The translations under genes were made by a program, and so were the position numbers. 64,000 nt of DNA. Origin: an uncultured Lentisphaerota bacterium (GTDB taxonomy: Bacteria > Verrucomicrobiota > Lentisphaeria > Victivallales > UBA1829). Below, one piece after another: positions 1 to 9,685 of the stretch; within the stretch, counting starts at the first letter, position 1; each line of letters opens with the position of its first letter. The notes under the pieces were generated by a model, which saw nothing but the letters and a program-made list of their open reading frames with translations, ran no database searches and was not told where the DNA came from. The stretch is taken from assembly GCA_900320095.1 (NCBI GenBank), contig ONQZ01000005.1:31-64030 (forward strand). The letters run 5' to 3'.

Positions 1-454
1 GGAAGATCGGAATCTCAAGGTGTGTCCCTTTCGCGGCGGTAAAGAGCTTTTCTACCTCGTCACTATCATAGAAGCTGCCAATAAACCGATTCTTTTTGGG
101 GCGCTCCACCTTGTCCGCAGGATTCGTTGGAATCAGGTCAATCTTTACGGCATATTTCAGAGCTTTATGGATATTGGCGTGGTAATGAATGACCGAGCTC
201 GCTGAAACCCGTTTTAGCTGATCCATATAGAACGCTTGGATGTCAGTTGCTTTCAGATCTCCGAGAGAGATCTTTTTCGCCTTGAAATAAGGGACGATTA
301 CACCCTTAACCATATTGGAATAGGACGAATAGGTAGTAATCGCAATTGTAGGTTTTACGATCTCTAGCCATTGGAGCATGAAATCTGAAAACAGGATGCC
401 TTGCTCCAATGGCTTTTCATCCGGTACAAATTCCTTTCGCAGCTCCATGAGCAT
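1..454 (-). CDS. tyrosine recombinase / phage-type integrase, partial (runs off left window edge); N-terminal arm-binding region appears to be missing
   Basis: Reverse-strand translation reads ...KKKAEKMLMELRKEFVPDEKPLEQGILFSDFMLQWLEIVKPTIAITTYSSYSNMVKGVIVPYFKAKKISLGDLKATDIQAFYMDQLKRVSASSVIHYHANIHKALKYAVKIDLIPTNPADKVERPKKNRFIGSFYDSDEVEKLFTAAKGTHLEIPIF. This is the typical SAM-like core-binding N-domain of phage integrases. The first in-frame ATG is at 454. The region is visibly AT-richer than the rest of the window. It is absent from the ORF track because it is open at the edge. Confidence 0.6.
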   Translation of the reverse strand, partial: MLMELRKEFVPDEKPLEQGILFSDFMLQWLEIVKPTIAITTYSSYSNMVKGVIVPYFKAKKISLGDLKATDIQAFYMDQLKRVSASSVIHYHANIHKALKYAVKIDLIPTNPADKVERPKKNRFIGSFYDSDEVEKLFTAAKGTHLEIPIF

Positions 455-533
455 CTTTTCCGCTTTTTTCTTGTTCCGGACTTGATTTCTCCGACAAAAG
501 ATGTATAGTAATAAATCCTCTTTTGAAACACCC

Positions 534-607
534 GCGGGTATAGTTCAACGGTAGAACATTAGCCTTCCAAGCTAATTGTGAGGGTTCGATTCCCTCTACC
601 CGCTCCA
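534..607 (+). tRNA. tRNA-Gly (anticodon TCC), CCA encoded
   Basis: Manual cloverleaf: acceptor gcgggta/tacccgc, D stem gttc/gaac, anticodon stem ttagc/gctaa with loop cttccaa, T arm gaggg-ttcgatt-ccctc, discriminator t plus cca. Confidence 0.9.
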
Positions 608-620
608 AGTGCTGTTTCCT

Positions 621-705
621 GGTGGGGTTGCAGAGCGGTCAAATGCAGTAGACTGTAAATCTACCGGCCATGCCTTCGATGGTTCGAATCCATCCCCCAC
701 CACCA
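621..705 (+). tRNA. tRNA-Tyr (anticodon GTA), long variable arm, CCA encoded
   Basis: Acceptor ggtgggg/ccccacc, anticodon stem gtaga/tctac with loop ctgtaaa, long variable arm, T arm gatgg-ttcgaat-ccatc, discriminator a plus cca. Length is 85 nt. Confidence 0.9.
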
Positions 706-718
706 TTTTGATCTTCAC

Positions 719-755
719 GGGTTTGCATCTTGTGTGCGAACCCTTTTTTGTTTTT
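719..755 (+). terminator. rho-independent terminator after the tRNA-Gly/tRNA-Tyr pair
   Basis: 9-bp stem gggtttgca/tgcgaaccc (one G-U pair) with a 7-nt loop, followed by ttttttgttttt. Confidence 0.7.
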
Positions 756-837
756 AAAAACCGGGGAGGGAGAAAACGGGGAGGCGTCCGCTTCGATTTG
801 AGGCTGGAAAATGCCCGGGAACGAGGGCACAAAAAAG

Positions 838-910
838 TGAGCTGGCAGGGACTCGAACCCTGGACACCCGCCTTAAAAGGGCGATGCTCTACCGACTGAG
901 CTACCAGCCC
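838..910 (-). tRNA. tRNA-Lys (anticodon TTT)
   Basis: The reverse complement gggctggtagctcagtcggtagagcatcgcccttttaaggcgggtgtccagggttcgagtccctgccagctca folds as a cloverleaf. Anticodon loop is cttttaa and the T loop is ttcgagt. Confidence 0.9.
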
Positions 911-1223
911 ACGACAAAAAATACGTGAAACACTATAAAATACCACGTTTTTCCAAAAATGCAAACGTAAAGAGGAAAAAAGCGCGAAAATAAGCTGAAA
1001 GGGACAGGCTTGGAACCATATATTTTTCGGCGCTGATTCCTTCTATTCTTTCGTTTCTCCGCCTTTCGGCATCAATTCGACGCCTTTTTCCCGTTTCCGG
1101 TTTGAAAAATCCCCGTTTCGGCTGTATAATTAATTCACACCGTTTTTTAGAGAATGGACACGCGCGTCTCCCGCCGCCGTCCATGGATTGAATTCAACGC
1201 AAACGATTAGGGATACGGGAATT

Positions 1224-4200
1224 ATGGCTACGGATTTCGTGCATCTGCACCTGCATACGGACTACAGCCTGCTGGACGGCGCGTGCGCCATCTCGTGGGC
1301 GAAGCTGAAAAAAGAGGACGCCGAAGGCAAGGTCGACCTGGTCACCATGGCGAAGGAATACGGCATGAAGGCCTGCGCGATCACCGACCACGGCGTCATG
1401 GGCGGCTGCTACGAGTTCCACAACGCCATGAAGAAGGCGGACATCAAGCCGATCATCGGCTGCGAGACGTACATCGCACCCGGCAGCCGCCTGGAAAAAA
1501 CGCCCGGCGTCCCGAACATCAAGGGATTCCACCTGATCCTGCTGGCGAAGAACAACGTCGGCTACCACAACCTTTGCAAGCTCAATTCCGAAGCGCACAT
1601 GACCGGGTTCTACTACAAGCCGCGCATCGACCGCGAGCTTCTCTCGAAATACCACGAGGGCATCATCGGCATGAGCGCGTGCCTGCAGGGCGAGATCGAC
1701 GTGGCGATCCTGCGCGGCGGCGTGGACGCCGGCCGCAAGGTGCTGTTCGACTACCTCGACCTCTTCGGCGGCAGGGAGAACTTCTGCCTCGAGCTCATGT
1801 ACCACGGGATCGCGGACCAGAAGACCGTGAACCGCGGCCTCATCCAGCTCGCCCGCGAGAACGACGTCCGGCTGGTCGCCACGAACGACGTGCACTACCT
1901 GAAGAAGGAGCATGCGCGTTCCCACGAGATCATGCTGTGCATCCAGACGCGCACCACGCTGAGTGACGAACGCCGCATGAAGATGGAGTACGACGAGTTC
2001 TACTTCAAGTCCGGCGACGAGATGATGAAGGTCTTCGGGACCGAGGCCCCGGACGCCATCACGAACACGCTCGCGGTCGCGGAGCAGTGCGACGTCACGA
2101 TCGGCTACGAGAACCACTACCCGGAATACACGCCGCCGCAGGAGTTCGTCGACACGCTCGACCTGGACGCCATCCGCGCCGAGTCCGTGCAGGAGATCGA
2201 CGCCGAGATCGCGAAGGACCACGAGAAGGATCCGGAAAAGCCGCTCCCCGACGACGCCAAGCGCGCCAACCTCGTCGAACGCCGCATCGTCATGAAGAAA
2301 TCCGCCGCCTACCTCCGCAGCATCTGCCTGTACGGCACGGGCCGCGCGGACAGCGTCTGCGGCTACGAGAAGAAATACGGCTACGACCCGTTCAATCCTC
2401 CGGAGGACAAGAAGGAGGAGGCGAAGCGCAACCTCGAGCGCATGGACTTCGAGCTGTCGGTCATCAACCGCACGAAATACCCGAGCTACTTCCTCTGCGT
2501 GTGGGACTTCATCAACTGGGCGAAGGAGCACGGCATCCCGGTCGGACCGGGGCGCGGCTCCGGCGCAGGCTCCATCGTGGCGTACCTGAGCGGCATCACG
2601 AACATCGACCCGATGAAATACGACCTGCTGTTCGAGCGCTTCCTGAACCCGGACCGCGTGTCGCCGCCCGACTTCGACACGGACTTCTGCGAACGCCACC
2701 GCCAGGAGGTCATCGACTACGTGATTCAGAAGTACGGCGAGGACAGCGTGTCGCAGATCGGCACGTACGGCACGCTGAAGGCGAAAGCCGTCGTGAAGGA
2801 CGTCGCGCGCGTCCTCGGGCGCACCCCGGCCGAGGGCAACATGATCACGAAGCTCATCCCCGAGGACCCGAAGATGACGCTCTCGAAGGCCGTCAAGGAA
2901 TCGCCCGAGCTCAAACAGCTGCTCGAAAAGGAAGCCTGGGTCCGCGATATCTTCCAGTACTGCGCCCCGATCGAACAGCTCAACCGCCAGATGGGCATCC
3001 ACGCCTGCGGCGTCATCATCTGCAACCAGCCGCTCGCCGACCTCGTCCCGCTCGGACGCGGCGCGCACGAGGAAGTCATCACGCAGTACGTCGCGCCGCT
3101 CTGCGAAAGCATCGGCCTCCTGAAAATGGACTTCCTCGGCCTCCGCACGCTGACCGTGATCCAGGACGCCGTGGACAACGTGAAGCGCACGCACGGCGTC
3201 ACGCTCGACATGGACGCGATCCCGCTGGACGACCAGAAGACCTACGATCTCATCAACCGCGGCGACACCGTCTCCGTGTTCCAGCTCGAATCCGGCGGCA
3301 TGCAGGACCTCTGCCGCAAGTTCGGCGTGGAAAATCTCCGGCACATCATCGCCCTCGTGGCGCTCTACCGCCCCGGCCCGATGCAGTTCCTCGACCTCTT
3401 CGTCGGACGCAAAAAAGGCACGATCCCGCTCGAATACGACCATCCGCTCATGGAGCAGTACCTGAAGGAAACGTACGGCATCATGCTCTACCAGGAGCAG
3501 ATCATGCAGTGCGTGCAGGTGCTCGCAGGATTCTCACTCGGCCAGGCCGACATCCTCCGCCGCGCCATCGGCAAGAAGAAGATCAAGGACATGGAGGCGC
3601 AGCACGACAAGTTCATCGACGGCTGCGCGAAAACGAACAGCATCCCGACCGCGCAGGCGGAGCGCATCTGGGAGAACATCAAGAAATTCGCCGAGTACGG
3701 CTTCAACAAGTCGCACAGCGCCGCCTACGCGCTCCTGTCCTACCGTACCGCCTACCTGAAGGCAAACTACCGTTCCGAGTTCATGGCGGCCGTGCTCACA
3801 AGCGAACTCTCCAACGCGAAAAAGCTCACCTTCCTCATCAACGAGTGCCGCACGACCGGCATCCGCATCCTGCCGCCGGACGTGAACACCAGCGACGTGA
3901 ACTTCACCGTGGACGGCGGCGCGATCCGTTTCGGCCTCGGCGCGATCAAGGGCTTCGGGCAGGGCGTCTCCGCCTCCATCATTGAGGCGCGCAAGGACGG
4001 CCCGTTTACCTCGATGTCCAATCTGGCGGAACGCACGGAAGGACTGAACGCCAAGAGCCTCGAGGCGCTCATCCGCTGCGGCGCGCTCGACTCTACCGGC
4101 CTCAAGCGCTCCCAGCTCGTCGCCATGATCGACTCCGCGCTGACGTCCGCTTCGGCCGCCCGCCGCGACCGCGAATCCGGCCAGGCCAGCCTGTTCGATA

Positions 4201-5084
4201 TGCTGGACGACCCGAAGGACGCCGGGCTGGAGGAACAGGCGCCGCCGGACATCCCGGAGTTCCCGGACAGCGAGATGCTGGAGGACGAGAAACAGCTCCT
4301 CGGGTTCTACGTCTCCGGGCATCCGCTTTCCTCCTCGAAAAAGATCATCGACACATTCTCCACCGCCAACCTCGCGGAGATCTCGCGCATGCCCGGCGAC
4401 ATCGGCGTCAAGTTCGGCGGCCTCGTGACCTCGGTCGCCAAGAAATACACCAAGAGCGACAGCAAGCCGTTCGCCATCGTCCAGATCGAGGACCTCACCG
4501 ACACCATCGAGTGCGTCTGCTACAACCGCCTCTACACCGAGGTCAACGCCCTGCTTTTCGAGGGCGCGAAGGTCTTTGTCCGCGCCGTCACCAAGAAGAG
4601 CGGCGACGAGGAGGACGCCGAGGTCTCGCTTCAGCTCGAGGACGTGATCCAGCTGGAGGACGCCCCGTTCTTCAACGCCAGCACCCTTCAGGTCAATCTC
4701 TTCGAGGACGATATGAAGCCGGACGCTTGCGAGAAACTGCGCGATCTGCTCGCGCGTCACGCCGCGCCGCCGCCCGAGCTCTTCCCGGCCGGGGTCGAGC
4801 CGGAAGAGGCCGACGATCCGGCGGCACGGCGCAGAAAAACGAAGCAGAAACAGGGGCCGGAACCCGTGCCCGTGCTCGTCTGCGCCGCCACGAAGGACCG
4901 TCTGGCGGCCTTCATCGAACTGCCGCAGTCCGTCCGCGTCTACGTCTCCAGAGGGCTCCTGAACGACCTCGACGCGCTGCTCGGAGAGAACCACTATACG
5001 ATCAAACCAAACGACGACGTCCCGCAGCCGCGCCGCCAGTGGCGACGGGACAAGGAATCCGAATCCGAACCGGCTTCGGCATGA
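1224..5084 (+). CDS. dnaE: DNA polymerase III alpha subunit
   Basis: N-terminal PHP motif FVHLHLHTDYSLLDGA. Conserved pol III alpha core (GPGRGSGAGSIVAY, FNKSHSAAYAL). Start set to ATG 1224 (MATDFVHLH) rather than the TTG at 1188 used by the track. Confidence 0.97.
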   Translation: MATDFVHLHLHTDYSLLDGACAISWAKLKKEDAEGKVDLVTMAKEYGMKACAITDHGVMGGCYEFHNAMKKADIKPIIGCETYIAPGSRLEKTPGVPNIKGFHLILLAKNNVGYHNLCKLNSEAHMTGFYYKPRIDRELLSKYHEGIIGMSACLQGEIDVAILRGGVDAGRKVLFDYLDLFGGRENFCLELMYHGIADQKTVNRGLIQLARENDVRLVATNDVHYLKKEHARSHEIMLCIQTRTTLSDERRMKMEYDEFYFKSGDEMMKVFGTEAPDAITNTLAVAEQCDVTIGYENHYPEYTPPQEFVDTLDLDAIRAESVQEIDAEIAKDHEKDPEKPLPDDAKRANLVERRIVMKKSAAYLRSICLYGTGRADSVCGYEKKYGYDPFNPPEDKKEEAKRNLERMDFELSVINRTKYPSYFLCVWDFINWAKEHGIPVGPGRGSGAGSIVAYLSGITNIDPMKYDLLFERFLNPDRVSPPDFDTDFCERHRQEVIDYVIQKYGEDSVSQIGTYGTLKAKAVVKDVARVLGRTPAEGNMITKLIPEDPKMTLSKAVKESPELKQLLEKEAWVRDIFQYCAPIEQLNRQMGIHACGVIICNQPLADLVPLGRGAHEEVITQYVAPLCESIGLLKMDFLGLRTLTVIQDAVDNVKRTHGVTLDMDAIPLDDQKTYDLINRGDTVSVFQLESGGMQDLCRKFGVENLRHIIALVALYRPGPMQFLDLFVGRKKGTIPLEYDHPLMEQYLKETYGIMLYQEQIMQCVQVLAGFSLGQADILRRAIGKKKIKDMEAQHDKFIDGCAKTNSIPTAQAERIWENIKKFAEYGFNKSHSAAYALLSYRTAYLKANYRSEFMAAVLTSELSNAKKLTFLINECRTTGIRILPPDVNTSDVNFTVDGGAIRFGLGAIKGFGQGVSASIIEARKDGPFTSMSNLAERTEGLNAKSLEALIRCGALDSTGLKRSQLVAMIDSALTSASAARRDRESGQASLFDMLDDPKDAGLEEQAPPDIPEFPDSEMLEDEKQLLGFYVSGHPLSSSKKIIDTFSTANLAEISRMPGDIGVKFGGLVTSVAKKYTKSDSKPFAIVQIEDLTDTIECVCYNRLYTEVNALLFEGAKVFVRAVTKKSGDEEDAEVSLQLEDVIQLEDAPFFNASTLQVNLFEDDMKPDACEKLRDLLARHAAPPPELFPAGVEPEEADDPAARRRKTKQKQGPEPVPVLVCAATKDRLAAFIELPQSVRVYVSRGLLNDLDALLGENHYTIKPNDDVPQPRRQWRRDKESESEPASA

Positions 5085-5104
5085 CGCACCCGGAGGGAAC
5101 CACC

Positions 5105-6733
5105 ATGACCAGCACGATCCGCACCCGTCTGCTTCTTCTCTGCATAATCCTGTTCGCCGCGTCCGGTGTCCTGCTTCACGCCGCCCCGATCAAAAAGCTC
5201 CCCGACGAACCGGAGGAATCCGAATCCGCCGTGAAAGAGGTTTCCGGCGACGAGCAGGAAAAGCCATTCGCCGAGGCGGAAAAAGACGCAAAAACGGAGG
5301 AGAAGAAACCCGCGAAGACCGAGGCCGAGGCGATCAGGGAGATCACGGAACGCCTCGACAGGATGATCTATCCCTACAAACCGCTTCAGCGCAACCGCGA
5401 ACCGATCATGAACCGGGACCTCTCCGACGACGTCGTTCCGTCCTGGCGGCTGATCTACGTGAAGCCCTTCGACAAGCCGCAGGAGGAAGCGAAGACGGAA
5501 AACGCCGCCGCTTCTTCTGCCGCCGCCGCTTCTGCCGCTGCCGCGGACGACGATGAAGAGGAGAAGGAGGATTACGCCGCGATCACGCTGATCCCGGTTA
5601 AATCCATCCGCCTTTCCAACGCCCTGAAGCTCAGCGCCATCGGCAAACCGGAGGAGACGATCCTCCAGCCGCTCTTCTTCACGAAATACGGCATCATGTG
5701 GCGCAAGCTCCAGACGCAGTACGAGAACTTCACGCTCTACCTCGGCGCGACGGAGGATTTCCACGTGTTCGCCTCCGCCAACATCGGCGTCATCTACACG
5801 CTGTTCCGCAACGTCGACATGTCGGGCGGCATCGACCTGATCTCCCTGTTTGTGGACTGCCTCGACATCGAGGATGAGGATTACTTCACGAACCGGTTCG
5901 CGCTCGTGCATCTGAAGGAATTCGGCGACGCCTCGATCCCGGCCCTGCAGCGTGCCATCAAGCGCATCGCCGCCGCCGGGCAGACGCCGATCCAGCAGTT
6001 CCTCGGCCTCACGAACCTCGCTCCGGTCTCGGAGAAGGCGATCGAACTGCTCAACGAAGCGTCGGATTCCAAGGACGCCCAGATACGCGACGCCGCGTTC
6101 ACGGCGATGATCGGGATGCCGTCCGTGATGAGAGAACTGAAGCATTCGTATGTTCGCATGGTCGAGTCGCGCGAAAAGATCTGGGCGGGATTCGCCGCAT
6201 GCGACATCCTTGAATGCGCCAGGGAGCTTTCCCCGCTGCTCGACGCCTACTACGCGAGACCGAGTTCCGTGGCGGAGTTCGAGACCGTCGCCCGCGCCCG
6301 CTGGATGCTCAAGGACCCGGACCTGAAACTCATTCACAACAGCGCGCTGAACGAGATCACCATCGCGTCCATCCGAAGCGGCGAGATCGCCAATTCCCCG
6401 CTGTACCGGAACGTGCAGGAGACGGACGCCTCGCGCAACGCGCGGCTTCAGGTCGAGGACGAAAAGCGCATCGCGTCCGCGAAGGAGGCCATCCTGAAAG
6501 CGCCCCAGACCGACCTCAGCGTCTGCGCCGGGATCGAACTCGTCATGTTCACGACCAAGGACAAGCGCGTTTCCACGCAGTACATCAGCCGCGTGAACAG
6601 CGTCGGCATCGACATCCTCCGCGCGCTGCCGCGCCAGGAGACGTTCCGTTATCTGGACGCCCTGATCCGCTACAACGCGTCCGTCCCGGAGGCGGAAAAG
6701 CTGTCCGACATCCGCGCCAGGGTGGGAAAGTGA
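5105..6733 (+). CDS. hypothetical exported protein with acidic/Ala-rich low-complexity linker
   Basis: MTSTIRTRLLLLCIILFAASGVLLHA looks like a signal peptide, and a GGAGGG RBS lies just upstream. The track ORF 4511..6733 is an artefactual 5' extension overlapping dnaE. No family was recognised. Confidence 0.6.
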   Translation: MTSTIRTRLLLLCIILFAASGVLLHAAPIKKLPDEPEESESAVKEVSGDEQEKPFAEAEKDAKTEEKKPAKTEAEAIREITERLDRMIYPYKPLQRNREPIMNRDLSDDVVPSWRLIYVKPFDKPQEEAKTENAAASSAAAASAAAADDDEEEKEDYAAITLIPVKSIRLSNALKLSAIGKPEETILQPLFFTKYGIMWRKLQTQYENFTLYLGATEDFHVFASANIGVIYTLFRNVDMSGGIDLISLFVDCLDIEDEDYFTNRFALVHLKEFGDASIPALQRAIKRIAAAGQTPIQQFLGLTNLAPVSEKAIELLNEASDSKDAQIRDAAFTAMIGMPSVMRELKHSYVRMVESREKIWAGFAACDILECARELSPLLDAYYARPSSVAEFETVARARWMLKDPDLKLIHNSALNEITIASIRSGEIANSPLYRNVQETDASRNARLQVEDEKRIASAKEAILKAPQTDLSVCAGIELVMFTTKDKRVSTQYISRVNSVGIDILRALPRQETFRYLDALIRYNASVPEAEKLSDIRARVGK

Positions 6734-6866
6734 ACTTTTTTTCGTGTGATTTAGATATTTATCTAAAAAAACTTTCCGCCGCGTTTGAAAAATAAAAAAC
6801 AGCGTGTAAAGTATTAAGATAAATTATATACTTCAACCGCTATCAAAACAATCAGGAACGGAGCGA

Positions 6867-8108
6867 ATGATTCCCGTTGTCATCACTGGCCGTGGTCTGA
6901 TCACCCCGATCGGGCTGAGTCTGGCCGAAAATTTGGAGTCGCTGAAAACCGGAAAGAACGGGATCACGCAGGTTCCGTACTGGCATGAACTCAATCTGGA
7001 CTCGCAGGTCGCCGGCGTGGTGGATCTCGAAGGGTTCGAATGTCCCGCGTTCGACCGCAAACAGCTCCGCTTCATGACGCAGAGCGGCGTCATGGCGGTG
7101 GCCGCCGCATACGAAGCCATCACCGAGGCGGGCTACACCATGGAAACGCTGCCCGGCTCGAAAATGGCGGTGATCACCGGCTGCGGCGGCAGCAGCTACG
7201 CCGAGTATTACAAATCGGTCATGACGTACGAACGGACGCATTCGACGCGCAAGATTTCCCCGTTCAGCATCCCGCGTATCATGCCGTCGTCCGCCGTCGC
7301 CAACCTTTCGCTCGTGTACAAGATCGGCGGCGAGAGCTACGACGTCAGCTGCGCCTGCACCAGCGGCGCGGTGGCGCTCATCCAGGCGATCCGCCTGATC
7401 CAGTCCGGCGCGTACGACATCGTCATGGCGGGCGGCTGCGAGGAACTCTGCTGGCAGCAGGCGCTCGGGTTCGGTGCGATGCACGCGCTGTCGCACAACT
7501 TCAACGACGAACCGGAAAAGGCAAGCCGTCCGTTCGACAAACAGCGCACCGGATTCGTGCTTTCCGAGGCCGCCGGCATCATGATCCTGGAGAGCGAAGC
7601 CCACGCGAAGGCGCGCGGCGCGAAGATCCGCGCACGGGTCAGCGGCTACGCCTGCAACAGCAATGCCTGCGACATGGTCGCGCCCAGCCGCGAAGTCTCC
7701 GCGGCGGTCATGCGCGACGCTATCGCGAACGCCAATCTCAAGCCCTCCGACATCGACTACGTCAACACGCACGGCACGGGCACCCCGGTCGGCGACCCCG
7801 TCGAAGTCGACGCCCTGAAGTCCGTGTTCCATGACAACGGCGCGTCCCCGATGATCAACAGCACCAAGTCCCAGACCGGCCACCCGATCGGAGCCGCCGG
7901 CGCGATCGAGCTGATCTTCTGCACCCAGATGATGGAGCATTCCTTCGTCAGCCCGTCCGTCAACGCGGACGACATCGAGGAATCCATGGCATGGGCGGAC
8001 ATCGTGCGCACGCCGCGCATGAACGTCCCGATCCGCCACGCGCTCAGCAACAGCTTCGGATTCGGCGGCACCAACGCCGCGATCATCGTTTCCCGCGACG
8101 ACGCCTGA
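6867..8108 (+). CDS. fabF: beta-ketoacyl-ACP synthase I/II family (KAS II-like)
   Basis: Cys-His-His triad contexts are present: SCACTSGAVAL, NTHGTGTPVGD, TGHPIGAAGA. The C-terminal SNSFGFGGTNAAII is also present. Confidence 0.85.
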   Translation: MIPVVITGRGLITPIGLSLAENLESLKTGKNGITQVPYWHELNLDSQVAGVVDLEGFECPAFDRKQLRFMTQSGVMAVAAAYEAITEAGYTMETLPGSKMAVITGCGGSSYAEYYKSVMTYERTHSTRKISPFSIPRIMPSSAVANLSLVYKIGGESYDVSCACTSGAVALIQAIRLIQSGAYDIVMAGGCEELCWQQALGFGAMHALSHNFNDEPEKASRPFDKQRTGFVLSEAAGIMILESEAHAKARGAKIRARVSGYACNSNACDMVAPSREVSAAVMRDAIANANLKPSDIDYVNTHGTGTPVGDPVEVDALKSVFHDNGASPMINSTKSQTGHPIGAAGAIELIFCTQMMEHSFVSPSVNADDIEESMAWADIVRTPRMNVPIRHALSNSFGFGGTNAAIIVSRDDA

Positions 8109-8118
8109 GGTCGATTTC

Positions 8119-9138
8119 ATGCCCCCCGAGCTGTATCCGCCGGGTGCGGCCGTCATGGCGCCCATTGCCGGGCACACCGACATCCCGTTCCGCCGCATGA
8201 TTCGGCGGTTCGGCTGCCGCCATGCGTTCACCGAAATGATCGACGCGGGCTCCCTCGTGTTCCAGGGGGAGAAGACGCTCCGGCTCGCGCAGCGGGGTTC
8301 CGACGCGGGTTTCCTCGGCATCCAGCTGGTCGGGTCCGACCTCCCCACGCTCAAACGCGCCGCCGAGCTTATCAACAACATGGATTTCGACGTGCTGGAT
8401 TTCAACCTCGGCTGTCCCGCGCCGAAAGTCGCCCGCAAATGCGAGGGCATCCGCTTCGCGCTGGAGGACCCGGACGGAGCCGTCCGCGCGTTCGAGACGC
8501 TCGTTTCCGCCTCACGCCTGCCCGTTACCGCCAAGACGCGCATCCAGGACGAATCCGACCCCGCGCCGACCGTGGCGTTCTGCCGCCGTCTGCGCGACGC
8601 GGGCGCGAAATCCATCACGATCCACGGCCGCCTCATGCGCAATTTCTATTCCGGGCCGGTCTTTTACGGGATCATTTCCGCAGTCCGCGAATCGCTCGAC
8701 ATCCCGGTGGTCGCCAACGGCGGCGCGATGGACGGTGCATCGTTCCGCACGCTGCTGCACGAAACGGGGTGTTCCGCCGGCATGGTCGCGCGCGGCGCGC
8801 TCGGCAATCCGTGGATCTTCCGGGAGATCGCCGATCCGTCCGCGTCTCCGCCGGACGTGGCGGAGTTCACGGAGACGATCCGCGTGTACATGGAGGACAT
8901 GCTGGACTGCTACGGGCCGCGGTTCGCGTACGTCGTGGCGCGCAAATCCCTGCTGGAGTTTCTGCGCGGACGCGGCTATCCCGGCGCACTCCGGGCGTCG
9001 ATCTCGTACCTGGATTCCGCCGACGCCCTGCAACGGCTGCTCGATGCGGTCGCGGCGGGTCCGAACGAACGCTACCTGGAAAATCTGAGCCTGCATCCCG
9101 AGTCCATCGAACGGAAACTCGTCCGCAGCCATTCGTAA
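8119..9138 (+). CDS. dus: tRNA-dihydrouridine synthase
   Basis: MAPIAGHTDIPFRRM, LDFNLGCPAPKV and ITIHGR motifs typical of the Dus family. Confidence 0.85.
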   Translation: MPPELYPPGAAVMAPIAGHTDIPFRRMIRRFGCRHAFTEMIDAGSLVFQGEKTLRLAQRGSDAGFLGIQLVGSDLPTLKRAAELINNMDFDVLDFNLGCPAPKVARKCEGIRFALEDPDGAVRAFETLVSASRLPVTAKTRIQDESDPAPTVAFCRRLRDAGAKSITIHGRLMRNFYSGPVFYGIISAVRESLDIPVVANGGAMDGASFRTLLHETGCSAGMVARGALGNPWIFREIADPSASPPDVAEFTETIRVYMEDMLDCYGPRFAYVVARKSLLEFLRGRGYPGALRASISYLDSADALQRLLDAVAAGPNERYLENLSLHPESIERKLVRSHS

Positions 9139-9171
9139 AAGAGGGGAAAAAGAAAAAAACGCCGAAGCGGT

Positions 9172-9660
9172 TCAGCCCCGGCGTCTTGCGGCGACGGCGC
9201 GCCGCATGTCCATGTCGTCCTGCTTGCGGCGGAGCGTCTCGCGTTTGTCTCCGAACGTCTTGCCGCGGGCGAGTCCGAGCTCGACCTTCACGTGCATGCC
9301 CTTCAGGTACATTTTCAGGGGGATGAGCGCATAGCCCTTTTCCCTGACCTTGTTTGCAAGGCGCAGGATCTCCTTCTTGTGCATCAGGAGCTTGCGCGGG
9401 CGTTTCGTCTCGTGGTTGAACCGGTTGCCGAACGCATACAGCGAGATATGGATGCCGTAGGCGAGGAGTTCGCCGTTCTCGATCCGCGCGAAACAGTCCT
9501 GCAGCTGGACGCTGTGGCCGCGGCAGCTCTTGACCTCGGTCCCGACGAGCACGATCCCCGCCTCGCAGGTCTCGATGATCTCGTAGTCGTGGAACGCTTT
9601 GCGGTTGCGCGCGATGACGGGATCGCTGCTGTTTTTGTCTTTGCTTTTAGCCGAGGCCAT
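9172..9660 (-). CDS. smpB: SsrA-binding protein
   Basis: IARNRKAFHDYEI...GTEVKS...LLMHKKEI are hallmark SmpB sequences. Confidence 0.93.
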   Translation of the reverse strand: MASAKSKDKNSSDPVIARNRKAFHDYEIIETCEAGIVLVGTEVKSCRGHSVQLQDCFARIENGELLAYGIHISLYAFGNRFNHETKRPRKLLMHKKEILRLANKVREKGYALIPLKMYLKGMHVKVELGLARGKTFGDKRETLRRKQDDMDMRRAVAARRRG

Positions 9661-9685
9661 GGTGCGTATCCGGTTCGGTTATGGG

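Noticed and set aside
417-964. Track ORFs 417..608(-), 596..964(-), 609..899(+) and 639..830(-).
   Set aside because: They are spurious reads across three tRNA genes and a terminator. The tRNA cloverleaves explain the sequence.
1194-3443. Long antisense or alternative-frame ORFs across housekeeping genes. Examples: 1194..3443(-), 2087..3985(+), 6852..8642(-), 16997..18985(-), 23935..25659(-), 28182..30104(+), 36667..38661(+), 43949..46102(+).
   Set aside because: These are typical high-GC shadow ORFs, Arg/Ala/Gly/Pro-rich with no motifs. Each overlaps a gene with unmistakable family signatures on the other strand or frame.
4511-5104. 5' extension of ORF 4511..6733 overlapping the dnaE 3' end.
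   Set aside because: This part is an Arg/Gly/Ala-rich out-of-frame read of dnaE. A signal peptide and RBS appear only at 5105.
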